Below, one piece after another: positions 11,894 through 20,689 of a stretch of 64,000 nucleotides of DNA. Positions within the stretch are counted from its first letter, which is position 1, and each line of letters begins with the position of its first letter. Under the pieces are notes generated by a model. The model was not told the origin of the DNA and searched no databases. It worked only from the letters and a program-made list of their open reading frames with translations. This stretch comes from a candidate division FCPU426 bacterium (GTDB taxonomy: Bacteria; Oederibacteriota; Muellerivitia; Muellerivitales; Muellerivitaceae). Position numbers and translations under genes: made by a program. Where the stretch lies: NCBI GenBank assembly GCA_963847625.1, contig CAWKAR010000041.1, positions 1 to 64,000 of the forward strand, given 5' to 3'.

Positions 11894-13060
11894 ATGCTGG
11901 ATTTCGAGTTTCAAACCCAAACCCGCCTCATTTTCGGAAAGGACGCCCTCTCTAAACTTCCGGCCGAGCTTTCCAAATTCGGCCCCAAGGTATTGATGGT
12001 CACGGGTGGGAAAAGCGTTCACGCCTCGGGATTGTACGACCGCGTACAGAAAGAGCTCCGGAAGGCTGGGAAAAAGGTTTTCGAGGTGAAGGGCGTGAAG
12101 CCCAATCCGCGCGTGGACATCGTGCGCGAGGGAATAGCCATCTGTAAAAAAGAAAAAGTGGACTTGGTGCTGGGAGTGGGGGGAGGAAGTACCATCGACA
12201 CAGCCAAGGGAATAGCGGTGGGGGCCCTTTACGACGGGGATGTTTGGGACCTGTACCAGTACAAGGTTCCAGCCACCCAGGCCCTTCCAATCGGCTGCGT
12301 TCTTACCCTGGCCGCCACCGGCACGGAAATGAACGGCAACTCGGTTGTCTCAAACCCGGAAACCGGCGAGAAACTCGGGCTGGTCACGCCCTTGATCCTC
12401 CAGCCGCGGTTTTCCATCCTGGACCCGCAGAACACCTTCACGGTCCCGCCCGACCAGACCGCCAACGGCCTGGTGGACATCATGGTGCATGTGTTCGAGC
12501 AGTACTTCAGCCACATCGAGGAAACCCCCCTGCAGGACCGCATGGCCGAGGCGGTCCTGACCACCGTCATCGAGAATGCGCCCAAGGTGCTCCGCAACCC
12601 CAAGGATTACGACGCCAGGGCCAATATCCTCTGGTGCGGGACCATGGCCTTGAACAACCTGCTGGGCCTGGGCAAGCAGGGCGACTGGGCCACCCACGGG
12701 ATCGAGCACGAGCTTTCCGCGGCCTATGACATTGCGCACGGGGCCGGCCTGTCCATCCTTTCGCCCCAGTGGATGAAGCACGTGCTGGACTCGGGTCCCG
12801 GCAAATTCAAGCAATTTGCGGTCCGGGTCTGGGGCGTGGAAGAGGACGGCAAGAACGACAAGGAAATAGCCCTGGAGGGGATCGAACGCACCAAGAAATT
12901 CTTCAAGTCCATCGGCGCCCCCGTTTCGCTTAAGGACGCGGGCATCGACGACAAGCGCATTCCCGAGATGGCCAAAAAATCCGTCCGCAACGGCCCCCTG
13001 GGGGCTTACAAAAAACTGGAAGCCAAGGACGTGGAAGCCATCCTGCGGGCCTGTTTATAG
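11894..13060 (+). CDS. Iron-containing alcohol dehydrogenase (NAD(P)H butanol dehydrogenase BdhA/YqhD type)
   Basis: AAGGAG RBS before ATG 11894; GGGSTIDTAK, TLAATGTEMN, HVFEQY, DWATHGIEHELSA, HGAGL. Confidence 0.9.
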   Translation: MLDFEFQTQTRLIFGKDALSKLPAELSKFGPKVLMVTGGKSVHASGLYDRVQKELRKAGKKVFEVKGVKPNPRVDIVREGIAICKKEKVDLVLGVGGGSTIDTAKGIAVGALYDGDVWDLYQYKVPATQALPIGCVLTLAATGTEMNGNSVVSNPETGEKLGLVTPLILQPRFSILDPQNTFTVPPDQTANGLVDIMVHVFEQYFSHIEETPLQDRMAEAVLTTVIENAPKVLRNPKDYDARANILWCGTMALNNLLGLGKQGDWATHGIEHELSAAYDIAHGAGLSILSPQWMKHVLDSGPGKFKQFAVRVWGVEEDGKNDKEIALEGIERTKKFFKSIGAPVSLKDAGIDDKRIPEMAKKSVRNGPLGAYKKLEAKDVEAILRACL

Positions 13061-13086
13061 TTTGAAAGCATAAAAAGGAGGACGCC

Positions 13087-13392
13087 ATGCTGGTACTCAT
13101 CGTCCATGTGAGCGTAAAGAAGGACCGAGTTGAGGACTTCAAGAGGGCCATCCTGGAAAACGCCAAGGCGAGCCAGGAAGAACCGGGGATCGCCCGGTTT
13201 GAAGTGGTGCAGGGCGATGAAGACCCGACCAAATTCGTTTTGATCGAGACTTACAAAAGCAAGGAAGCGCATGCGGCCCACCGGGAAACGCCTCACTACC
13301 TCAAGTTCCGCGACGGGGTGGAATCCATGATGGCCGAGCCCCGAAAGGGAGTGAAATACAAAAGCCTGTTCCCCGACGCGGCTGGTGGGTGA
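13087..13392 (+). CDS. Antibiotic biosynthesis monooxygenase (ABM)/LsrG-like protein
   Basis: EEPG..RFEV....DPTKF.LIE.Y....AHAAHRETPHY; AGGAGG RBS. Confidence 0.85.
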   Translation: MLVLIVHVSVKKDRVEDFKRAILENAKASQEEPGIARFEVVQGDEDPTKFVLIETYKSKEAHAAHRETPHYLKFRDGVESMMAEPRKGVKYKSLFPDAAGG

Positions 13393-13396
13393 TTGG

Positions 13397-14557
13397 ATGA
13401 CAACTTCCTTTGAGGTGACGATGCCGGGGAAGGTCCTTTTCGGTTCCGGAACCATCTCGCAATTGGGCGCGGAAACGAGACCCTTCGCCTCGAAGGTCCT
13501 GCTGGTTTGCGGTTCCAATCCGGTCCGGGCCCGGGACGCCCTGGAATCGCTCCGGCGCTCCGGCGTCGAAACGGTATCCATGCCGGTTCGGGGTGAACCT
13601 ACACTCGACGAGGTTCGGGATGGCGCTAAGCTATCCAGGGAAAACAAATGCCAGGGCGTCGTAGCCGTGGGCGGAGGAAGCGTCTTGGATGCGGGCAAGG
13701 CCATCGCCGCCATGGCGGCCAACCCGGGTGACCTGCTGGATTACCTGGAAGTCATCGGCGGGGGAAAAGTTCTGCCCCAAGCGCCCCTATTTTTCGCGGC
13801 CGTTCCCACCACCGCGGGGACCGGCACAGAAGCCACCCGGAACGCGGTGCTAACCTCCCCAACGCACAAAGTCAAAGTAAGCCTCCGGCATTCCTGGATG
13901 GTGCCGAAAGTAGCGGTGCTGGACCCCCGGTTGACCCTCACGGTTCCGCCCGGAGTCACGGCCACCACCGGCATGGATGCCCTGTGCCAGCTCATTGAAT
14001 CCTTCACCTGCAAGACACCCAACCCCTTCACCGATTCCCTCTGCCGGGAGGGCATGGCCCGGGCGGTCCGGGCGCTTCCCAAGGCTTTCCGGGACGGCTC
14101 CGACCTGGAAGCGAGGGAAGACATGGTCCTGGCCAGCCATTTCAGCGGCATCGCGCTCGCCAACGCCAAGCTCGGGGCGGTTCACGGTTTCGCCGCGTCC
14201 CTGGGCGGCATGTATGGGGCGGCGCACGGGGCGATCTGCGCGGCCTTGCTTCCGGCCGTGACGGCTGCGAACTTGAGGGCCATGGGCCAAAGGGAGCCCG
14301 GCCATCCCGCCCTGCGGCGATACCAGGAAGCGGCGGTCATTCTCACGGGAGACTCGAAGGCAAGACCGGAGGACGGGGTGGAAGCTTGTGAAAGACTGCG
14401 GAAGGAATTAGAAATACCCCCTCTTTCCGAATTGGGCGTGAAAAAAGAGGATTTCGACTTGATCTGTGAAAAAGCCTCCAAGGCCTCCAGTATGAAGGGC
14501 AACCCAATGGAACTGACCCTGGGGGAACTCAAGGGCATCCTCGAAAAGGCTTTTTGA
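13397..14557 (+). CDS. Second iron-containing alcohol dehydrogenase
   Basis: GGGSVLDAGKA, PTTAGTGTEATRNAV, DALCQLIE, LGAVHGFA, HGAIC. Confidence 0.9.
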   Translation: MTTSFEVTMPGKVLFGSGTISQLGAETRPFASKVLLVCGSNPVRARDALESLRRSGVETVSMPVRGEPTLDEVRDGAKLSRENKCQGVVAVGGGSVLDAGKAIAAMAANPGDLLDYLEVIGGGKVLPQAPLFFAAVPTTAGTGTEATRNAVLTSPTHKVKVSLRHSWMVPKVAVLDPRLTLTVPPGVTATTGMDALCQLIESFTCKTPNPFTDSLCREGMARAVRALPKAFRDGSDLEAREDMVLASHFSGIALANAKLGAVHGFAASLGGMYGAAHGAICAALLPAVTAANLRAMGQREPGHPALRRYQEAAVILTGDSKARPEDGVEACERLRKELEIPPLSELGVKKEDFDLICEKASKASSMKGNPMELTLGELKGILEKAF

Positions 14558-14658
14558 CCCCATAAAATCTTTTGGGTGGACGACGGAAGCACGGATAAAA
14601 TGAATGAGATTCAGGTTATCCTGGTTTTTAGCGGGTAGATTGGCCGCTGGGAGTAAAC

Positions 14659-14892
14659 ATGTTTATTGAAGTCCATTTTCGCAACGCCAGCCCGGATGGA
14701 TTGAGAAAATTCATCGAATCCGTCAAGTGCCCGGTTGACGATATCCAACCTTCCTTTGACTCCTACCACTCCGGCCAAGGTGGACTCCATATCCTCCGGT
14801 ACATCACCTGCTGTACGGACCTCAACCACCTTCTCAAGCGTAAGGTTTCAGCCCTCCACTCCGATGTGAAATACGAGGAAGGGATGGACTGA
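14659..14892 (+). CDS. Small hypothetical protein (77 aa)
   Basis: GGGAG RBS before ATG; fills an intergenic gap; no recognised motif. Confidence 0.45.
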   Translation: MFIEVHFRNASPDGLRKFIESVKCPVDDIQPSFDSYHSGQGGLHILRYITCCTDLNHLLKRKVSALHSDVKYEEGMD

Positions 14893-15083
14893 GTTTTCGG
14901 CCTTCCAAAGCCCGGATTTCCAATTTTCTCAAGCCGATAGTTCAAAATCCCCTCCCGCCAAAAACCGACCGCTTTTTGTTTTCAGGTTCTTAAAGCCCAT
15001 CCGTGGTAAAGTAAACCCGCACAGTTGGCTTTTTCGGCGTTTCCAAAACGTAACGGAAGCATTAAACCACTCAGGGGGAAAAC

Positions 15084-16115
15084 ATGGGACGGTCCAAAAT
15101 CCTGGTTCTATCACTCGTTTTATTGGGCTTGGCCGGCGGTGTGGCGGCCGCGGATTACCTGGCCGGATACAAGATCCTCAAGAGAGCGCTGGTTCCGGGC
15201 GACTTGGGATGGGATTACCTGACACTCGACAGCCAGGCCCGAAAGCTTTACGTGAGCCATGACACGGTGGTCCAGGTCCTGGACGCCGACAGCCTGAATG
15301 TGATCGGCCAGATCCGGGGCCTCCAACACTGCCATGGGATCGCTCTCGCGCTCGAATTTGGCCGGGGTTTCATCACCAGCGGGGAAGACGGCACTGTCGT
15401 GGTTTTCGACCTGACGACCCTGAAGCCCGTCGGGAAAGTGCCGGCCCAGAAGGGCGCGGACGGGATATTGTACGACCCGGCCACCAGCCGGGTTTTTTCC
15501 TTCAACGGCGAACCCGCCAACACCACGGTCATCGGCGCCAGGACCCTGAAGGTGGTTAAGACGCTGGATTTGGGCGGGAAACCCGAGTCGGCCGCCTCCG
15601 ACGGGAAAGGCAGGGTTTACGACTGTATCGAGGACAAGGACGAAGTGGCTGTGATCGATTCCAAGGGGCTCAAGGTCATCCAACGCTGGCCGACCTCGCC
15701 GGGCAAGTCCCCGGCTGGGATGGCCATCGACACGGCCAACCACCGCCTTTTCATCGGGTGCCGGAACGAGCTGATGGTGATCATGGACTCCGCCAGCGGG
15801 AAAGTGCTCAAGACCCTTCCGATCGGGAAACGCGTGGACGCGACCGCCTACGACCCCGTCCGGGGAATCATCTTCAATTCCTGCGGGGAGGGGACCTTGA
15901 GCGTGATCCACGCCGAAGCGCTCGACCGCTATTGGGTGGTGGAGAACGCGAAAACCGAACCGGGCGCGCGGACCATGGCCCTGGACCTCAAAACCGGCCA
16001 TGTTTTCCTGGACACGGCTGAAACCCTGCCGCCGGCAACACCCACGGCGGACAATCCAAAACCCAGGCCCAGAATCCTGCCCGACACCTTTCACCTGTTG
16101 GTGATGGGGCTGTAA
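15084..16115 (+). CDS. Secreted YVTN/YncE-family beta-propeller protein
   Basis: Signal peptide; GWDYL..D...RKLYVSH, HGIAL....GRGFIT, GARTMALD; repeated blades. Confidence 0.85.
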   Translation: MGRSKILVLSLVLLGLAGGVAAADYLAGYKILKRALVPGDLGWDYLTLDSQARKLYVSHDTVVQVLDADSLNVIGQIRGLQHCHGIALALEFGRGFITSGEDGTVVVFDLTTLKPVGKVPAQKGADGILYDPATSRVFSFNGEPANTTVIGARTLKVVKTLDLGGKPESAASDGKGRVYDCIEDKDEVAVIDSKGLKVIQRWPTSPGKSPAGMAIDTANHRLFIGCRNELMVIMDSASGKVLKTLPIGKRVDATAYDPVRGIIFNSCGEGTLSVIHAEALDRYWVVENAKTEPGARTMALDLKTGHVFLDTAETLPPATPTADNPKPRPRILPDTFHLLVMGL

Positions 16116-16200
16116 CCGGGCTAATCCTTTCCTATAAGCACAAAATCCAATTCGAATCGGCAAAGCCTGTCTCCCGTTTTTCTTTTGGAACCTGCCTGTT

Positions 16201-16803
16201 ATGATGCTTCTCCATCCTATTGCCGATTACCACGGCGGAAAGGTTTCCCAAATGCCAAGCCTCAAGAAAGCCCCGCCGGTGTTTATTGCCGCGGACAAGA
16301 AACGCGCCGAACTCAGGAACGAGGTCCAACATTGGAGCAGGTCCAAGAAACTGGCCGCATTTTCCCGGGGCGGGGCGAGAGTGCAACAGGCCTTCCGGAA
16401 ATGTCCCCGCTCCATGTGGACCTATACGGCCAAGAAGGACAACTGGTGCGTCAATGAGGTGCTTTGGCACCTGGCCGACCAGGAGGCCAATGTTTACCTG
16501 CGATTACGTACGGCTTTGGCTGAAAACGGGCCGGCCGTGATCGCCTGGGACCACTCGAAATGGGCCATTGCGACCCTTTACTCCAAGGCCGATCCCCAAC
16601 AGGCCCTGGGTCTGATCCAAATCCTCCGGAAGGCCAACGCCGACCTAATCAAAAGAATCGGGCCTAAAGCCTGGACCAAGCGCTTCAAGCACCCGGAATT
16701 CGGCGCCCGGACGGTGGAATACACGGTGGGAATGAATATCTGGCATGTCGAGCACCACATCGGCCAAATGGGGAGACGGCTTCGGGAATGGAAGGGCCGT
16801 TGA
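16201..16803 (+). CDS. DinB/YfiT-family protein (start may be 16252)
   Basis: W.V.EVLWHLADQE, HPEFG, WHVEHHIGQ metal-binding histidines. Confidence 0.8.
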   Translation: MMLLHPIADYHGGKVSQMPSLKKAPPVFIAADKKRAELRNEVQHWSRSKKLAAFSRGGARVQQAFRKCPRSMWTYTAKKDNWCVNEVLWHLADQEANVYLRLRTALAENGPAVIAWDHSKWAIATLYSKADPQQALGLIQILRKANADLIKRIGPKAWTKRFKHPEFGARTVEYTVGMNIWHVEHHIGQMGRRLREWKGR

Positions 16804-16805
16804 GT

Positions 16806-17762
16806 ATGGAAGAGCCCGGGAAACCCGACTGGATCGATTGGGTGGTCAAGGCCGCCGCGTTTTTCGGCGCCAACCCCGTCCGCCTGCGTTGGAAGCTCCT
16901 CTCCTGGCGGGATTCCATGGGGAGGGCGAAAAACCGCGGGCAATCCACGGTCGAGCACATCACCTACGAGCATAAGGTCTGTCCCCATTGCGGGAGCCTG
17001 CAGGACAAGGGCCGCAAGGTTTGCTCCGACTGCGGCAAGGGACTCTCCCCCCGTTTCTGGGAAATCCTGAGGCGCCTGGGCTTCACCCTCCCGAAATTCG
17101 GCTCCGTCACCGGCCTCATCACCGCGGTATGCGTGGCGGCCTACGTCCGCCTGGTGGTTTACCAGGGCGGCGGGGGATTGATGTCCTTTGACATCGATAC
17201 CCTCATGCGGTTCGGCGCCCATTACCCACCTTATGTGTGGGCGGGCCAATGGTGGCGCCTTTCCACCGCCATCCTCCTGCACGCGGGGCTATGGCACATC
17301 CTCTTCAATCTCATGGCCCTCCAGCAGATCGGGCCGACTCTAGAGGAAATCTTCGGTAGGGGTCGGATTCTCTTCTACTTCATGGTGACGGGAATTTTAG
17401 CCAATGTGGGAAGTGAAATCCTGGGCCTCCACGCCCCGGCCATCGGGGCTTCGGGAGCCCTGATGGGCTTGATGGGCCTGGCCGCGGGATGGGGCCAGAA
17501 GGACGGGTCTCCTATGGGCCGCAATGTCCGGGACCTGATGGTAAAGTGGACACTCTATACCATTGTTTTTGGTTTCATGATTGGCGCGGATAACGGCGCC
17601 CATATCTCCGGTTTTGTTTGCGGGGGCGTCATCGGCCTGATCGCGAAACCCAGTTATTCCTGGAGCCACCACAACAGCCTTTGGGTCAAGATCCAAACCT
17701 TCCTGGGAGCGGTTCTTTTCGCGGGCACGGCACTTTTGGTGTTTTTCCCACCCGTAGGGTAA
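16806..17762 (+). CDS. Rhomboid intramembrane serine protease with N-terminal zinc ribbon
   Basis: QWWRL, H.G.WHILFN, GASG, AH.SG; CPHC/CSDC pair. Confidence 0.9.
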   Translation: MEEPGKPDWIDWVVKAAAFFGANPVRLRWKLLSWRDSMGRAKNRGQSTVEHITYEHKVCPHCGSLQDKGRKVCSDCGKGLSPRFWEILRRLGFTLPKFGSVTGLITAVCVAAYVRLVVYQGGGGLMSFDIDTLMRFGAHYPPYVWAGQWWRLSTAILLHAGLWHILFNLMALQQIGPTLEEIFGRGRILFYFMVTGILANVGSEILGLHAPAIGASGALMGLMGLAAGWGQKDGSPMGRNVRDLMVKWTLYTIVFGFMIGADNGAHISGFVCGGVIGLIAKPSYSWSHHNSLWVKIQTFLGAVLFAGTALLVFFPPVG

Positions 17763-17805
17763 GCCGAAATTCAGCAGGGACCCGGCTATTCCAATGGGTT
17801 TGAAC

Positions 17806-17834
17806 GACACCCTGACGCAAGAACTTCGTCTAAT
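17806..17834 (+). promoter_or_regulatory. Putative ECF promoter, autoregulatory
   Basis: GACAC(17806)-N16-CGTCTAAT(17827) upstream of the ECF sigma gene; motif occurs five times locally. Confidence 0.75.
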
Positions 17835-17869
17835 ACCTGGCAAATTCATGGGCCGGGGTCAGGGGTATA

Positions 17870-18478
17870 ATGGGATGGACGCGTAAAATACCCTCCGAAA
17901 CCAAAAGGGGTGCCGCCATCGAAGAGAAAGACCTCATCCTTGAAATCCTCGCGGGGAATCGGGACCTCTACGCGGAATTGGTGGAGCGCCACGGGAAAAA
18001 CCTATTCCAGCTCTGCCTGGCAGTGCTCGGCGATCCCCATGAGGCAGAGGAGGCCGCCCAGGTGGCTTTCATCAAGGCATACCGGGGCCTTTCTTCTTAT
18101 AAAGGGGCTTCTTCCTTCCGCACCTGGATCACCCGTATCGGTTTGAACCAATGCAAGGACATGATCCGCAAGAAAAAACGAAGGCATATCCTTTCGCTGG
18201 AAGGCCTTTTGGAGGGTGGGAAATCCTTATCCGCTTTATCGGTGGAAAACCCTCAGGAGACCCCCGACCCCCTGCCTCACGTCACCGAAAGGATGCTGGG
18301 GGCCTTGAGTGAGGGCGAAAGAAGAGTCATCCGGCTGATGCTGGATAAGGGAAAACTCTCCTACGGGCAGATCGCGGGGGAACTGGGGCTGAGCCTGGAC
18401 GGGGTCAAGGGCCGCTTAAAAAGGGCCAGAATGAAGCTTCAACACTTTTTGGAAGAACCTTCGTCTAATGGGGGCTGA
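17870..18478 (+). CDS. ECF RNA polymerase sigma factor
   Basis: AEEAAQVAFIKAY, SSFRTWITRIGLNQCKD (region 2); LSYGQIAGELG...VKGRLKRAR (region 4). Confidence 0.9.
   Translation: MGWTRKIPSETKRGAAIEEKDLILEILAGNRDLYAELVERHGKNLFQLCLAVLGDPHEAEEAAQVAFIKAYRGLSSYKGASSFRTWITRIGLNQCKDMIRKKKRRHILSLEGLLEGGKSLSALSVENPQETPDPLPHVTERMLGALSEGERRVIRLMLDKGKLSYGQIAGELGLSLDGVKGRLKRARMKLQHFLEEPSSNGG
18441..18469 (+). promoter_or_regulatory. Putative ECF promoter inside the sigma 3' end, ahead of the anti-sigma gene
   Basis: AACAC-N16-CGTCTAAT. Confidence 0.6.
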
Positions 18479-18903
18479 TGGGGATACCGGAGAGGTTTCC
18501 GGGTCCGGCTTCAGCAATGGAGAAGACCATGTTGCATGAGGAAATACTAGGGAAAGCCGGGGAATTTCGGCGCGGGGAATTGAAAGCCCCCGAGAGCGCG
18601 GCGGTGCGTCGCCACCTGGAGGCTTGCGCCGATTGCCGGGCCTTGGTGGAACGGTGGTCCGACGCGCCCCTTCCCCTTGGTTTCAACCAGCGGGTTATGT
18701 CCCGGTTGCCGGGGCTTCCGGCACGACGAGCCATTTTTTGGCGTGGTCTTTTGGCCCCCCTGGCGGGAACCGCTGTCGCGGCGTTCCTGATTCTCGCGGC
18801 CTTCTGGCACCCGGAACGTTCCTGGGTGAATTCGGACAAGTCCTTCGCCTGGACCGATTCCGGCCGCGGGTCCGCGAATCAAAACCAATCTTTCAGACCG
18901 TAA
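18478..18903 (+). CDS. Zinc-binding (zf-HC2) transmembrane anti-sigma factor
   Basis: HLEACADC (HxxxCxxC), one TM helix, directly after the sigma gene. Confidence 0.8.
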   Translation: MGIPERFPGPASAMEKTMLHEEILGKAGEFRRGELKAPESAAVRRHLEACADCRALVERWSDAPLPLGFNQRVMSRLPGLPARRAIFWRGLLAPLAGTAVAAFLILAAFWHPERSWVNSDKSFAWTDSGRGSANQNQSFRP

Positions 18904-18913
18904 AGGAAATCCT

Positions 18914-19321
18914 ATGAGTAAATACTTCGTTTTCTTAATTCTAGGCCTGATGGTGGGCCTAGCCGCCGGTTCTTGGACCATGCGGGTTTATTACGACCGC
19001 ACCCTGGGGTCTTGGAACCCCGCCGACCGTCTCTTGGCGCAGTTGGACCAGGACCTGAAACTCACCCCAGACCAACGCCTCAAGGTGGCGGATATTTTGG
19101 CCGCGCAAAAGGACCGTATGGAAGAATTGCGCCGGCAGTGGAAATTCCAGGTGGGCACCCTGGACCGGCAGGGGGAAGACGCCATCGCGAGGATCTTGAC
19201 GCCAGAGCAGGCCGACCAGTTCACGAAAATCAACGACCGCATCCACGGCCGTATGGACCGTTTCCTCTGGACCACCGAATCCGGCCCGACCGCCATTGCC
19301 GTAGGTCCCTCCGGGAAATAG
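18914..19321 (+). CDS. Membrane-anchored periplasmic helical protein (Spy/CpxP-like), third gene of the ECF module
   Basis: N-terminal hydrophobic anchor; LKLTPDQ and ILTPEQ motifs. Confidence 0.7.
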   Translation: MSKYFVFLILGLMVGLAAGSWTMRVYYDRTLGSWNPADRLLAQLDQDLKLTPDQRLKVADILAAQKDRMEELRRQWKFQVGTLDRQGEDAIARILTPEQADQFTKINDRIHGRMDRFLWTTESGPTAIAVGPSGK

Positions 19322-19372
19322 GGAAAACCCTCAAGTAATCCTGGCATTTTTTAAGATTTTTACCGTGCCGAT

Positions 19373-19400
19373 GACACTTCGAGGATTTGCTTCGTCTAAT
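19373..19400 (+). promoter_or_regulatory. Putative ECF promoter
   Basis: GACAC-N15-CGTCTAAT, 46 nt before ATG 19447. Confidence 0.75.
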
Positions 19401-19446
19401 TGGCGCTGTTGATAGAACGTGTTTTTCATCTTAATGGAGGTGTGTT

Positions 19447-20526
19447 ATGAAAAAAATTCTCATGGGAGCGGTCCTGGCCTGGGCGCTGGTTTCCCTCGCG
19501 GGGGCGGCGACCCTGCAGGATTGGACCGTTTTGAAAACCGGAAAGACCGCGGGGATCTTCACGGATAAGGACGGTTCAACCGTCAAAGTGGAGAAAGCCC
19601 AGGGCCCCGAAGGGGAAGAAGCCCTGAAGATCACTTGCAACCTGGTGAAATGGGGCGGCGCCTGGACCGTGGCCGAAGGGGACCTGACCGGCGCGGCCGC
19701 TATCTCCTTCAAGGCCAAGACCCTGACACCCGGACTGGTCATGGTGGGGCTTTCGGACGACCAAAAAACGCAGTTCATCACCAAAGTGCGCGTCACCTCC
19801 GCGGATTGGACCGATTTCATCATCCCGCTTTCACTGTTCAAAAAGACGCCCTGGCCCATGCCGGACGCGCCCAAGGACGCCAAGATCCGCTGGAACAAGA
19901 TCGTATCCATGGTGTTCCAACCGCAAGTCCACGGGGCCAGTTCTTACCTGATCGGCCCCGTTTCGTCCGTCAAGGGCAAGGTCGAGGCCGCCACGGGAAT
20001 CGCACCCGCCAACGCCAAGTCCCTGGTGGTCCAGGACTTCACCATGCTGGAAAAAAGCGCCTACGGGTCCTTCACGGACGACAAGAAGGGGACTATGGTC
20101 AAGCTGGCCGTGAAAAAGGATCCCGACGCCGACGGGAAGAAGGTCCTGGAGTACAACTACTCATTCAAGGTCGGGGGCTGGTGCGGCGGATGGTTCCGGG
20201 CCGGGGATGCCTGGGAAGGGCAGGATTGGACCGGCGCGAAGCAGGTGGCCATCAAGGTCAAATCGGATGAGCCCATCGCCTTGCAATTCGGGTTCAACGA
20301 CGCCAACCAGAACGCTTATTTCGGGGCGGTGCCCTCCACCCGGGGGACCGGATGGGAAACGGTCAAGTTGGACTTCAAGGACATCATCTTGAACCCCTAT
20401 TACCAGCCGACAGATGCCAAGAAGGGGGCGAAGCAGGACTTGTCCCGTATCGAGACTTTCAACCTCGCCCCGGTGACGCCGGGAGCCCATAGTTTCCAAG
20501 TCGGGGAAATCACCATCGAGAAATAA
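19447..20526 (+). CDS. Secreted protein with tandem CBM11/CIA30-like carbohydrate-binding domains, no obvious catalytic domain
   Basis: Signal peptide; two similar halves (GDLTGAAAISFKAK...W..FIIPLS.F and QDWTGAKQVAIKVK...WETVKLDFKD); GGAGG RBS. Confidence 0.7.
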   Translation: MKKILMGAVLAWALVSLAGAATLQDWTVLKTGKTAGIFTDKDGSTVKVEKAQGPEGEEALKITCNLVKWGGAWTVAEGDLTGAAAISFKAKTLTPGLVMVGLSDDQKTQFITKVRVTSADWTDFIIPLSLFKKTPWPMPDAPKDAKIRWNKIVSMVFQPQVHGASSYLIGPVSSVKGKVEAATGIAPANAKSLVVQDFTMLEKSAYGSFTDDKKGTMVKLAVKKDPDADGKKVLEYNYSFKVGGWCGGWFRAGDAWEGQDWTGAKQVAIKVKSDEPIALQFGFNDANQNAYFGAVPSTRGTGWETVKLDFKDIILNPYYQPTDAKKGAKQDLSRIETFNLAPVTPGAHSFQVGEITIEK

Positions 20527-20540
20527 TTCATCATGAAATT

Positions 20541-20577
20541 AAAACCCCGGGTTCACACCGAATCCGGGGTTTTTTTA
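20541..20577 (+). terminator. Intrinsic terminator
   Basis: aaaaccccgg...ccggggtttt followed by T-run. Confidence 0.7.
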
Positions 20578-20689
20578 TTTCAAACCCGAAAGGAGGTACA
20601 ATATGGCCTCTTCTTGGTTTTACATGCATCATTTAAGGAAGCGTCGGTTCCGGTATTTTTCTTGCCCCGGCCAAGAATAAAGGAGTTCT

